DNA from: Flavobacteriaceae bacterium
GTDB taxonomy: Bacteria > Bacteroidota > Bacteroidia > Flavobacteriales > Flavobacteriaceae
Assembly (NCBI GenBank): GCA_965224465.1
Contig: OZ245049.1
Span: 2,280,001 to 2,312,000, forward strand
DNA: 32,000 nt
Direction: 5' to 3'
The notes below the pieces were generated by a model that saw only the letters and a program-made list of their open reading frames with translations, made no database searches and was not told where the DNA came from. Below, one piece after another: positions 1 to 7,843 of the stretch. Position numbers and translations under genes: made by a program. Every line of letters begins with the position of its first letter. Position 1 is the stretch's first letter.

Positions 1-61
1 CGCAGTACGTTATTGTGGACGCTGGTTCTATTTTTAAAAAACTATATGCTCAATAGTAAAC

Positions 62-92
62 AAAAAAAGGCTCACAAATTGTGAGCCTTTTT
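62..92. terminator. Bidirectional rho-independent terminator hairpin downstream of infB
   Basis: A-run (62-68), stem GGCTCAC..GTGAGCC (69-87) and T-run (88-92). It lies 20 nt past the infB stop codon. Confidence 0.7.
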
Positions 93-112
93 AATTTTAT
101 GTAAAACTTGAA

Positions 113-3091
113 TTACTTCAAGGTCTTTTTTACTTCAATTTCTTGGTATGCTTCAATAACATCCCCTTGACGAATATCGTTGTAGTTTTTAAGTTGCAAA
201 CCACAATCATATCCTTTGGCTACTTCTTTAACATCATCTTTAAAACGTTTTAACGATGATAATAAACCGTCGTGAACTACTATGTTCTCACGTAAGATTC
301 TAATTTTAGAATTACGGAATATCTTACCAGACATCACCATACAACCAGCAATATTACCAATTTTTGAGATTTTGTAAACCTCTCTAATTTCAACATTACC
401 TGTAACTTCTTCTTTCAACTCTGGAGATAACATACCTTCCATAGCATCTTTTAAGTCGTCAATAGCAGCATAGATAATAGAATAAGTACGGATATCAATT
501 TCTTCTTGATCGGCTAACATTTTAGCATTTCCAGAAGGACGTACATTAAATCCTATAATAATAGCTTCCGAAGCAGATGCTAACAACACATCAGATTCTG
601 TAATAGCTCCTACACCTTTATGTATAATATTTACTTGAATTTCTTCGGTAGATAATTTTTGGAAAGAATCTGTCAAAGCTTCAACAGAACCATCTACATC
701 TCCTTTCAAGATAATATTTAACTCTTTAAAGTCACCTAGTGCAATACGACGACCAATTTCGTCTAATGTAATATGACGTTGGGTACGTACAGACAACTCG
801 CGTTGTAATTGTGCACGTTTGGATGCAATTTGTTTTGCTTCACGTTCGTCTTCAAAAACATTAAATTTATCACCTGCTTGTGGTGCTCCGTCCAATCCTA
901 AGATTGAAACTGGCGTAGAAGGTAATGCAATAATCATTTTTTGACCTCGCTCATTAAACATTGCTTTAATCTTACCAGAGTTTTTCCCTGCTAACATAAA
1001 GTCACCAATTTTTAATGTTCCTTCTTGAACTAGAATGGTAGATACGTATCCACGACCTTTATCCAAAGATGCTTCTACTACTGTACCTGTAGCTAATTTA
1101 TTAGGATTTGCTTTTAACTCGAGCATTTCCGCTTCCAACAATACTTTTTCAAGTAATTCTTCAACCCCAGCTCCTGTTTTAGCAGAAATATCATGTGATT
1201 GTATTTTACCACCCCAATCTTCTACCAATAAATTCATGGCAGCTAATTGTTCTTTAATTTTTTCTGGTTTAGCGTCTGGCTTATCTACTTTATTAATAGC
1301 AAAAATAATTGGCACACCAGCTGCTTGTGCATGGCTAATAGCCTCTTTTGTTTGCGGCATCACATCATCATCTGCTGCAACTACAACAATTACAATATCT
1401 GCTACTTGTCCCCCACGTGCACGCATGGCAGTAAAGGCCTCGTGACCTGGTGTATCCAAGAATGCCATTTTTTGACCTCCTTTTAACTCCACTCCATAAG
1501 CACCAATATGCTGAGTAATCCCTCCAGATTCACCGGCAATTACATTTTCTTGACGGATATAATCCAGCAAGCTTGTTTTACCATGATCTACGTGTCCCAT
1601 AACGGTCACAACTGGAGCTCTATGCTCTAGGTCTTCTTCTTTATCTTCTATAACTTGTACGGCATCTTCTACTTCTGCACTAACAAAATCAAGTGCGTAT
1701 CCAAATTCATCCGCAACAATGGTTAATGTCTCAGCATCTAAACGCTGATTCATGGTTACCATCATTCCTAACATCATACAGGAAGAGATAATATTAGTCA
1801 CAGGAATATTCATCATGGTAGCAACTTCGCTTACCGTAACAAATTCTGTTACTTTAATCACTTTACTTTCTGCCGCTTGTTGTTGTAGATCTTTTTCCGA
1901 CTGTTGACGGTGTAAATCTCTCTTATCTCTACGGTGTTTCGCTCCTTTATTCTTTTTAGATTTCCCTTGAAGTTTTTCTAAAGTTTCGCGAATTTGTTTT
2001 TGTACTTCAGCAGCAGTTGGTTCTTCCTTTACAATAGGTTTACGAACTTGACCTCTACCTTTTCCTTTATTAAATCCAGGTTTTCCTCCACCTCGATATG
2101 GACCTCCTTGTCCCGTACGTTGGTTTCCACCAGCAGTTCCAGTACCTGGTTTTATAATTCTTTTTCGTTTGCGTTTATTTGCAGCATTACCTGTTTTATC
2201 ATTCGCAACCGGTTTTTTCTTTTTTGGACGTTCAAACTGTTTTAAGTCAATTTTCTGACCTGTTAATCGAGGGCCATCTAATTTCTTATACTGTGTTTGT
2301 ATCGATTGTGGTTCTACAGGCTTCACAACTTCTGTTGCTTCTTTTTTAGGTGCATTTGGAGTTGTAATAGCAGGCTTAATCCCAACTATTTTTGCACGGG
2401 CTTTTGGCTCTTCTACTTTTTTAACAGCCGGCTTTGCTGTATGTTTAGGAGCTGGTTTCCCTTTTTTACCCCTCGGTTTCTCGACAGGCAATTCAATCTT
2501 GTCAACAATTTTAAATTCGTGCTTTTTAGCGCGAACTATCGTGTCTTCAGGTTTTTTAATTCCTTTTTCGACGGGAGCTGTCGTTTCTTTTTTAACCAGT
2601 ACTTCCTTTACAGGAGTTGGCTCTTTAGAGACTTCAGTCTTGGTTTTTTCAACCACTGGAGTTTCAACTTTAGCAATTTCAGCTACGTTCTCCTTTGGGG
2701 TTTCCACTGCTGATTTTTCAACAACTGGTACTTCCTTTGATTTTTCTAGGTCTATTTTACCTATTGTTTTTACTTCCACTTTTTCAGCTTTGGCCTTTAC
2801 AATTCGATTCAATTCTTCCTGACGTTTTTTTTCAATTTTAGCTTCTGCCTCTAGACGCATTGCCATTTTCTCTTTACGTTTTTCCTCGCCTACTTCTTTC
2901 GAAGCCGCTTTTTTATTTGCATCACTTGCAAACGTATCGAACAAAATGTCGTATTCGCCTTGGGAAATTTTAGTAGTAGGGCGAGCTTCTATCTCCACTC
3001 CCTTACTTCCTAAATGCTCCACAGCTCTATCTAAAGAGATGTTTAAGTCTCTTAACACTTTGTTTAGCCTCATTGTTTTGTCTCCAGCCAT
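113..3091 (-). CDS. infB: Translation initiation factor IF-2
   Basis: 992-aa ORF. It has a Lys/Glu/Pro-rich N-terminal region, then the GTPase motifs GHVDHGKT, DTPGH and NKVD and a conserved C-terminal domain. It follows nusA in the canonical rimP-nusA-infB order. Confidence 0.97.
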   Translation of the reverse strand: MAGDKTMRLNKVLRDLNISLDRAVEHLGSKGVEIEARPTTKISQGEYDILFDTFASDANKKAASKEVGEEKRKEKMAMRLEAEAKIEKKRQEELNRIVKAKAEKVEVKTIGKIDLEKSKEVPVVEKSAVETPKENVAEIAKVETPVVEKTKTEVSKEPTPVKEVLVKKETTAPVEKGIKKPEDTIVRAKKHEFKIVDKIELPVEKPRGKKGKPAPKHTAKPAVKKVEEPKARAKIVGIKPAITTPNAPKKEATEVVKPVEPQSIQTQYKKLDGPRLTGQKIDLKQFERPKKKKPVANDKTGNAANKRKRKRIIKPGTGTAGGNQRTGQGGPYRGGGKPGFNKGKGRGQVRKPIVKEEPTAAEVQKQIRETLEKLQGKSKKNKGAKHRRDKRDLHRQQSEKDLQQQAAESKVIKVTEFVTVSEVATMMNIPVTNIISSCMMLGMMVTMNQRLDAETLTIVADEFGYALDFVSAEVEDAVQVIEDKEEDLEHRAPVVTVMGHVDHGKTSLLDYIRQENVIAGESGGITQHIGAYGVELKGGQKMAFLDTPGHEAFTAMRARGGQVADIVIVVVAADDDVMPQTKEAISHAQAAGVPIIFAINKVDKPDAKPEKIKEQLAAMNLLVEDWGGKIQSHDISAKTGAGVEELLEKVLLEAEMLELKANPNKLATGTVVEASLDKGRGYVSTILVQEGTLKIGDFMLAGKNSGKIKAMFNERGQKMIIALPSTPVSILGLDGAPQAGDKFNVFEDEREAKQIASKRAQLQRELSVRTQRHITLDEIGRRIALGDFKELNIILKGDVDGSVEALTDSFQKLSTEEIQVNIIHKGVGAITESDVLLASASEAIIIGFNVRPSGNAKMLADQEEIDIRTYSIIYAAIDDLKDAMEGMLSPELKEEVTGNVEIREVYKISKIGNIAGCMVMSGKIFRNSKIRILRENIVVHDGLLSSLKRFKDDVKEVAKGYDCGLQLKNYNDIRQGDVIEAYQEIEVKKTLK

Positions 3092-3137
3092 ATAATCTTA
3101 TTGTTTCGCCTATTATTTTTTTGATGATTTATCCTAA

Positions 3138-4397
3138 TTAATCTTCAAATTCTTCTCGTAAAATACTTTGAACTTCTAAAATGGTTTCTTCTTCCAGATC
3201 TGTTCTTTTCAAAAGCTCTGTAACATCTTTATCCAATACACTTCTGGCGGTATCTAAACCAATTTTCTTAAATTCTTTAATAACCCAATCTTCGATTTCA
3301 TCAACAAATTCTGTCAATTCAACATCATCTTCTCCTACAACACCTTCGCGTTGTACATCTAAATCGTATCCTGTTAATTGTGATGCCAATCTAATGTTTA
3401 CTCCATTACGTCCAATTGCCTTAGATACTTCTTCTGGCAACAAAAATACATCAACTCTACCTTTTTTCCCATCTTCTCGCCCTTCTTCTGGATGAATTTT
3501 CATAGAAACTACTTTCGCAGGACTTAAAGCCCTGGCTATAAACAGACTTTCGTTTTTTGTATAATTGATAACATCTATGTTTTCGTTCCCTAATTCGCGA
3601 ACTATACCATGAATACGTGATCCTTTCATACCAACACAAGCTCCAACAGGGTCAATTCTGTCGTCATAAGAGTCAACTGCAACCTTTGCTTTTTCACCTG
3701 GAATACGTGCCACACCTTGAATAGTAATTAACCCATCAAACACCTCAGGTATTTCTTGTTCAAATAATTTCTCCAAGAATACAGGTGACGTTCTTGATAA
3801 AATAATAGAAGGTTTATTCCCTCGCAATTCTACCGATTTAATAATTCCACGAACAGCATCTCCTTTTCTGAAAAAGTCAGATCTAATTTGTTCGCTTTTT
3901 GGTAATATTAACTCAACCCCATCATCATCCAATAAAATAATTGCATTGTGACGAATATGGTGCACCTCTGCACTATAAATATCTCCTTCTAACTCTTTAA
4001 AGTGTTTAAATATATTGGTACTATCGTGTTCTTGAATTTTTGAGATTAAATTCTGACGCAATGCCAAAATAGATCTTCTTCCTAAATCCATCAGCTTTAC
4101 CTCTTCTGAAACATCTTCTCCTATTTCAAAATCTGGCTCTATCTTACGCGCTTCAGCCAATTCAATCTCTTCATTATCATCTTCAGACATACCATCAGCA
4201 ACCACAGTTCTGTTTCGCCAAATTTCTAAATCTCCTTTATCAGGATTAATAATGATATCAAAATTTTCATCAGACCCAAACTTTCGTTTTAATGCCGTTC
4301 TAAAAACTTCCTCCAGAATTGCCATAAGCGACACTCTGTCTATACTTTTATCACTTTTAAATTCTGAAAATGATTCGATTAATGCTAAGTTTTCCAT
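3138..4397 (-). CDS. nusA: Transcription termination/antitermination factor NusA
   Basis: 419-aa ORF with an S1/KH-domain-like core (e.g. PVGACVGMKGSRI, AIGRNGVNIRLASQLTGY). It sits between rimP and infB. Confidence 0.96.
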   Translation of the reverse strand: MENLALIESFSEFKSDKSIDRVSLMAILEEVFRTALKRKFGSDENFDIIINPDKGDLEIWRNRTVVADGMSEDDNEEIELAEARKIEPDFEIGEDVSEEVKLMDLGRRSILALRQNLISKIQEHDSTNIFKHFKELEGDIYSAEVHHIRHNAIILLDDDGVELILPKSEQIRSDFFRKGDAVRGIIKSVELRGNKPSIILSRTSPVFLEKLFEQEIPEVFDGLITIQGVARIPGEKAKVAVDSYDDRIDPVGACVGMKGSRIHGIVRELGNENIDVINYTKNESLFIARALSPAKVVSMKIHPEEGREDGKKGRVDVFLLPEEVSKAIGRNGVNIRLASQLTGYDLDVQREGVVGEDDVELTEFVDEIEDWVIKEFKKIGLDTARSVLDKDVTELLKRTDLEEETILEVQSILREEFED

Positions 4398-4407
4398 TCT
4401 CTCCTAT

Positions 4408-4869
4408 TTAAAAAATTATTTTCACTTTTGCTTCTTTTATTTCTGTAAACAGGATGGTTTGATTTTTAATTACCGTAACCTTCCCTTTTCCAATAGGTTT
4501 AGGCTCACGCGCTGACCATTCTAATGAAATTGCTTCCTCGGTCACCTCTTTCAAGGATCCCTCCACAATTGAATCTGCAAGCTTCACAACCAATATCCTA
4601 CCAATATTCTTGGTGTATTGACGTTTCACTACCAATGGATTTGCAATGTCTGGGGAAGTAACTTCAAGCGAAAAATCTTCTTCTTCCCTATCTAAATTAC
4701 TCTCTACGTATCGGTTAATTCTGATACATTCACTCAATGCAATTCCTTGATCTCCATCTACTTCGATATAAATTTTATTTCCATCTAAAAATTTCAAATC
4801 GATCAAAAACAAATCCTTGTTTTCAGAGAGTGCTTCTTCTACTAAATGTTTTATTTTATCGTGCTCCAT
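4408..4869 (-). CDS. rimP: Ribosome maturation factor RimP
   Basis: 153-aa ORF immediately upstream of nusA (10-nt gap). Size and position match the conserved rimP-nusA-infB operon. Confidence 0.88.
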   Translation of the reverse strand: MEHDKIKHLVEEALSENKDLFLIDLKFLDGNKIYIEVDGDQGIALSECIRINRYVESNLDREEEDFSLEVTSPDIANPLVVKRQYTKNIGRILVVKLADSIVEGSLKEVTEEAISLEWSAREPKPIGKGKVTVIKNQTILFTEIKEAKVKIIF

Positions 4870-4883
4870 GTGTCTTTATACAA

Positions 4884-4906
4884 AGAGGGGACTTTACGTC
4901 CCCTCT
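4884..4906 (-). promoter_or_regulatory. Perfect 9-bp GC-rich hairpin in the rimP leader, function unknown
   Basis: AGAGGGGAC (4884-4892), loop TTTAC, GTCCCCTCT (4898-4906). It ends 14 nt upstream of the rimP ATG on the minus strand. Confidence 0.35.
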
Positions 4907-5097
4907 CTTTCTATCCCTTTGTTTTCGCTGCAAATATACTAACTAATTCTTAAACAGAAAAATGATTATGTTTATAATTTTAATTTTAGTAACTTTACAT
5001 GAATATATTACGCCCCTTAACCTTATCTTTTGATATGATTTAGCCGTAATATATGAGTCCCCGTCAATATATTCGAACACCTTCAATCCAAATAAAT

Positions 5098-5934
5098 ATG
5101 AAAAAAATTTTAGTTCCAGTAGATTTTTCTAAACAAGCAGAATACGCTGCGAAAGTAGCCTCTCAAATTGCAAAAAAAAACAATCATGAAATTTTCTTAT
5201 TACACATGCTTGATTTACCTGTAGGAGTCATAGACCCTGCAAGTTTTGGATCCAATAACAATGCTCCAATGGGGCTGTTGTTCCTTCAAAGAGCGCATGA
5301 AAAATTTGAAGAATTTAAAAAACTTCCTTTCTTCGATGGTCTTAAAATTTCCGACACTGTACAATTTCACAAAACCTATGATGGAATTATAGAGCAAAGC
5401 CTTAAAAATGATGTAGATCTAATAGTTATGGGGTCTCAAGGAGCTTCCGGTCTTGAAGAAATACTAGTGGGTTCTAATACCGAAAAAGTTGTCAGAAACA
5501 GTACCGTACCAGTACTTGTTATAAAAGAAGACATAGACGATTTTCAAATAAAAAACATTGTATTCGCTTCTGACTTTAACATTAAAAATAAGCCCTCCTT
5601 TCAGAACATACTAGACTTTACCAAAGAATTTGACTCTAAAATTCATCTACTAAAAGTAAATACCGTTCAAGATTTTGAGTCCACCAAAGTATCTAGCGAC
5701 ACCATTCGAAATTTTATAAATGGCCACGACTTGCAAAACTATACTCTTAATATTTATAACGATAGAAGCATAGAAGAAGGAATTCTAAATTTCTCAAAAC
5801 TCATTGAAGCAGATCTTATAATTGTAAATACGCACGGTAAAAGAGGGCTTGCTCATATATTTAGCAATAGCATCAGCGAGGAATTAACAAATCACTCTAA
5901 ACTGCCTGTAGCTACTTTTAAATTGATTTCGTAA
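5098..5934 (+). CDS. Universal stress protein, tandem UspA domains
   Basis: MKKILVPVDFS... is a typical Usp N-terminus. G-x-x-G..(S/T)-type motifs appear twice (MGSQGASGLEEILVGSNTEKV and NTHGKRGLAHIFSNSISEEL). The ORF opens at 5053, but the conserved Usp start is the ATG at 5098. Confidence 0.85.
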   Translation: MKKILVPVDFSKQAEYAAKVASQIAKKNNHEIFLLHMLDLPVGVIDPASFGSNNNAPMGLLFLQRAHEKFEEFKKLPFFDGLKISDTVQFHKTYDGIIEQSLKNDVDLIVMGSQGASGLEEILVGSNTEKVVRNSTVPVLVIKEDIDDFQIKNIVFASDFNIKNKPSFQNILDFTKEFDSKIHLLKVNTVQDFESTKVSSDTIRNFINGHDLQNYTLNIYNDRSIEEGILNFSKLIEADLIIVNTHGKRGLAHIFSNSISEELTNHSKLPVATFKLIS

Positions 5935-5952
5935 ACAAAGGCTTGAGAAGAC

Positions 5953-5986
5953 TAAGAGGAAATAATCAACATGTTATTTCCTCTTA
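5953..5986 (+). terminator. 13-bp perfect hairpin downstream of the usp gene
   Basis: TAAGAGGAAATAA (5953-5965), 8-nt loop, TTATTTCCTCTTA (5974-5986). It starts 19 nt after the stop codon. There is no long T-run. Confidence 0.55.
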
Positions 5987-6151
5987 CCTTTGAAGTGACA
6001 CTAATTTACCCTCCTAAAAATAGCCCTTAAATTTTATTTTAAAAATGATAGGCATCCCCTTAGCTCCTCTTATAGCTAAATATATTTTAAATCACCGAGA
6101 CACATAGCTCCTCCAGTTGCATAAAACTCGGTTACTATTAGTTGATACGTT

Positions 6152-6311
6152 ATATCAAATGCATTTTCAAGTGAAGATTTAAAAATGAATTATTTTTTGT
6201 TTTAGCTAAGCGGGAAATCTAAGAATAGCCATAACTATCATACTGTATTTCAACAACGCTAGCATGTAAAATAAACTGTTGATATCAGACATTTTGATTT
6301 GTAATCGGTAT
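6152..6311 (+). mobile_element. MITE-like element, diverged copy (B'-A' orientation)
   Basis: The 5' end ATATCAAATGCATTTTCAAGTGAAG and the 3' end TTGATTTGTAATCGGTAT are diverged versions of the family's terminal inverted repeats. The interior (..ATCTAAGAATAGCC..TTCAACAACGCTAGCATGTAAAATAAACT..) aligns with the reverse complement of the 111-bp repeat at 23668-24000. Confidence 0.5.
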
Positions 6312-6474
6312 AATACCACAGAAAAACACATTTATAAAAGCCCATCTATCCTCCCTGAGGAATAAAAAGATTGTCATATCACTGATTAATATCATTGTAC
6401 GGCTAATGCATAGTCTCTATTTTTGTGTAATATTCAACACAGGAAACAACAGAACATCTACAAATCAGCGTATC

Positions 6475-7008
6475 ATGACAAAGGACACGGTAATTCTATA
6501 TTCTTCTACTGACGGACATACCTTGAAAATTTGCCTCAAAATAAAAGAGCATCTAGAATCAAACCGTCTTCAAGTGGATCTATTTCCTATTGATGATTTT
6601 CAAAACAACATTCATCAATACAAACTAGTAATTATTGGAGCAAGCATTAGATATGGTGTACATCACAAAAAAATATGTGATTTTATACACAAGTCTAAAT
6701 CTGCATTTGAAACCCTTAAAACAGTTTTCTTTTCTGTGAATTTAGTGGCAAGAAAAAAAACAAAAAACAGCCCTCAAACCAACCCCTATGTGATCAAGTT
6801 TTTTAAAAAAATAAATTGGGAACCAACATTAGTAGCAGTATTTGCAGGGAAATTAGCGTATAAAAAATACCCGCTATTTGATCGATTAATGATTCAGTTT
6901 ATCATGTGGATGACCAAAGGCCCTACAGACATAAACTCAGAAATAGAATATACAGACTGGAAAAAAGTTGAATTATTTTCAGAAAAAATTACTGCTTTAA
7001 GCCCCTAA
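6475..7008 (+). CDS. hemG: Flavodoxin-like, menaquinone-dependent protoporphyrinogen IX dehydrogenase (HemG family)
   Basis: From MTKDTVILYSSTDGHT, with VIIGASIRYG, FFSVNLVARK, PQTNPY and YTDW. These are collinear with E. coli HemG as I recall it. The ORF opens at 6406, but the homologous start is the ATG at 6475. Confidence 0.85.
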   Translation: MTKDTVILYSSTDGHTLKICLKIKEHLESNRLQVDLFPIDDFQNNIHQYKLVIIGASIRYGVHHKKICDFIHKSKSAFETLKTVFFSVNLVARKKTKNSPQTNPYVIKFFKKINWEPTLVAVFAGKLAYKKYPLFDRLMIQFIMWMTKGPTDINSEIEYTDWKKVELFSEKITALSP

Positions 7009-7030
7009 CTACACACTTGTGATTGATAAA

Positions 7031-7079
7031 GTATTTTTTACGCTCTTGAAAAAATACGCTTTCTTACAAGAGCTTTTTT
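7031..7079 (+). terminator. hemG terminator region with two overlapping hairpins
   Basis: GCTCTTG (7042-7048) pairs with CAAGAGC (7067-7073) and is followed by TTTTTT (7074-7079). A second possible stem, GTATTTTTT (7031-7039) with AAAAAATAC (7049-7057), encloses the first arm. Confidence 0.6.
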
Positions 7080-7087
7080 AGCTTGTA

Positions 7088-7214
7088 ATACCAACTACAT
7101 TTCCAAGTGACGGTTTAAAATGGATGGATATTCTTAGCCATCGTTCTATTTTTTAACAACGTTAGAACAGAAAACAAACTATTAATATCGGTCGTTTTAG
7201 ATTGCAATTGGGAT
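7088..7214 (+). mobile_element. MITE-like element, 127 bp, about 26-bp terminal inverted repeats
   Basis: The 5' end is ATACCAACTACATTTCCAAGTGACGG. The 3' end CGGTCGTTTTAGATTGCAATTGGGAT is its imperfect reverse complement. The interior is homologous to 6152-6311 and to the reverse complement of 23668-24000. Confidence 0.55.
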
Positions 7215-7343
7215 AACCTTTAATATGTAAAAAGCAATTCTTTATAATGATACGGCTTTCTCTAATCAACAGCCTCGTTCAAGATTACAAGGTATGCTTC
7301 CGAAAGATGATTTTATATTTCGAGGCAGCACCTTGGAGAAATT

Positions 7344-7380
7344 ACACCAACTACATTTCCAAGTGACAGTTTAGAAATGG
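7344..7380 (+). repeat. Solo copy of the MITE-family terminal repeat (B' half)
   Basis: ACACCAACTACATTTCCAAGTGACAGTTTAGAAATGG nearly matches 7088-7125 and the reverse complement of the 51-bp units at 24003-24257. Confidence 0.5.
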
Positions 7381-7426
7381 AAATTAAACATAAAACAAAC
7401 CCACTGAATCACACATAATTACATAT

Positions 7427-7462
7427 AACTACAAAAATAGTTGTGTAACTAAATAAATAGTT
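7427..7462. promoter_or_regulatory. Two AACTA-N6-TAGTT dyads, candidate BlaI-family operator over the blaI promoter
   Basis: AACTAcaaaaaTAGTT (7427-7442) and AACTAaataaaTAGTT (7447-7462) start 20 bp apart. A -7-like box TAGTATTG (7464-7471) follows, 17 nt before the ATG at 7489. Confidence 0.45.
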
Positions 7463-7488
7463 ATAGTATTGCAGTACAAACAACAGAT

Positions 7489-7842
7489 ATGGAAAAACTC
7501 ACGAATAAAGAAGAAGAAATAATGCAAGCATTGTGGCGTTTAGAAAAAGCTTTTATCAAAGAGATTGTTGTAGAACTCCCAAACGAGAATCATTACAATA
7601 CGGTTTCTACGATTGTCAGAAAACTAGAAGAAAAAGACTATATTTCTCACAAAGCTTTTGGAAAAACACATCAATATTTTCCTTTAATTTCAAAAACTAC
7701 TTACACAAAAAAATTTATGCATGAAGCGATGTCTCATTATTTTGACAATAGCTATAAAAATATGGTGTCATTTTTTGCCAAAAACGAGAAAATATCAGCC
7801 GAAGAGTTAAGAGAAATTATTAACATAATAGAGAAAAAATAA
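7489..7842 (+). CDS. BlaI/MecI/CopY-family winged-helix transcriptional repressor
   Basis: 117-aa ORF. The N-terminus LTNKEEEIMQALW...YNTVSTIVRKLEEKDYISHKAFGKTHQY is typical of the family. It is followed after 1 nt by an M56 peptidase gene. Confidence 0.9.
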   Translation: MEKLTNKEEEIMQALWRLEKAFIKEIVVELPNENHYNTVSTIVRKLEEKDYISHKAFGKTHQYFPLISKTTYTKKFMHEAMSHYFDNSYKNMVSFFAKNEKISAEELREIINIIEKK

Positions 7843-7843
7843 C

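Noticed and set aside
1035-2822. Five plus-strand ORFs (79-138 aa) inside infB
   Set aside because: They are antisense shadows of a confidently identified gene. Their translations are low-complexity (Ser/Thr/Phe-rich) with no recognisable motifs.
5053-5097. 15-codon N-terminal extension of the Usp ORF (MSPRQYIRTPSIQIN)
   Set aside because: The conserved Usp N-terminus begins at MKKILVPVDFS (ATG at 5098). The extension has no homology signal, so the shorter start is preferred.
6406-6474. 23-codon extension of the hemG-like ORF (MHSLYFCVIFNTG..)
   Set aside because: Collinearity with HemG begins at MTKDTVILYSSTDGHT (ATG at 6475). The extension is probably untranslated leader.
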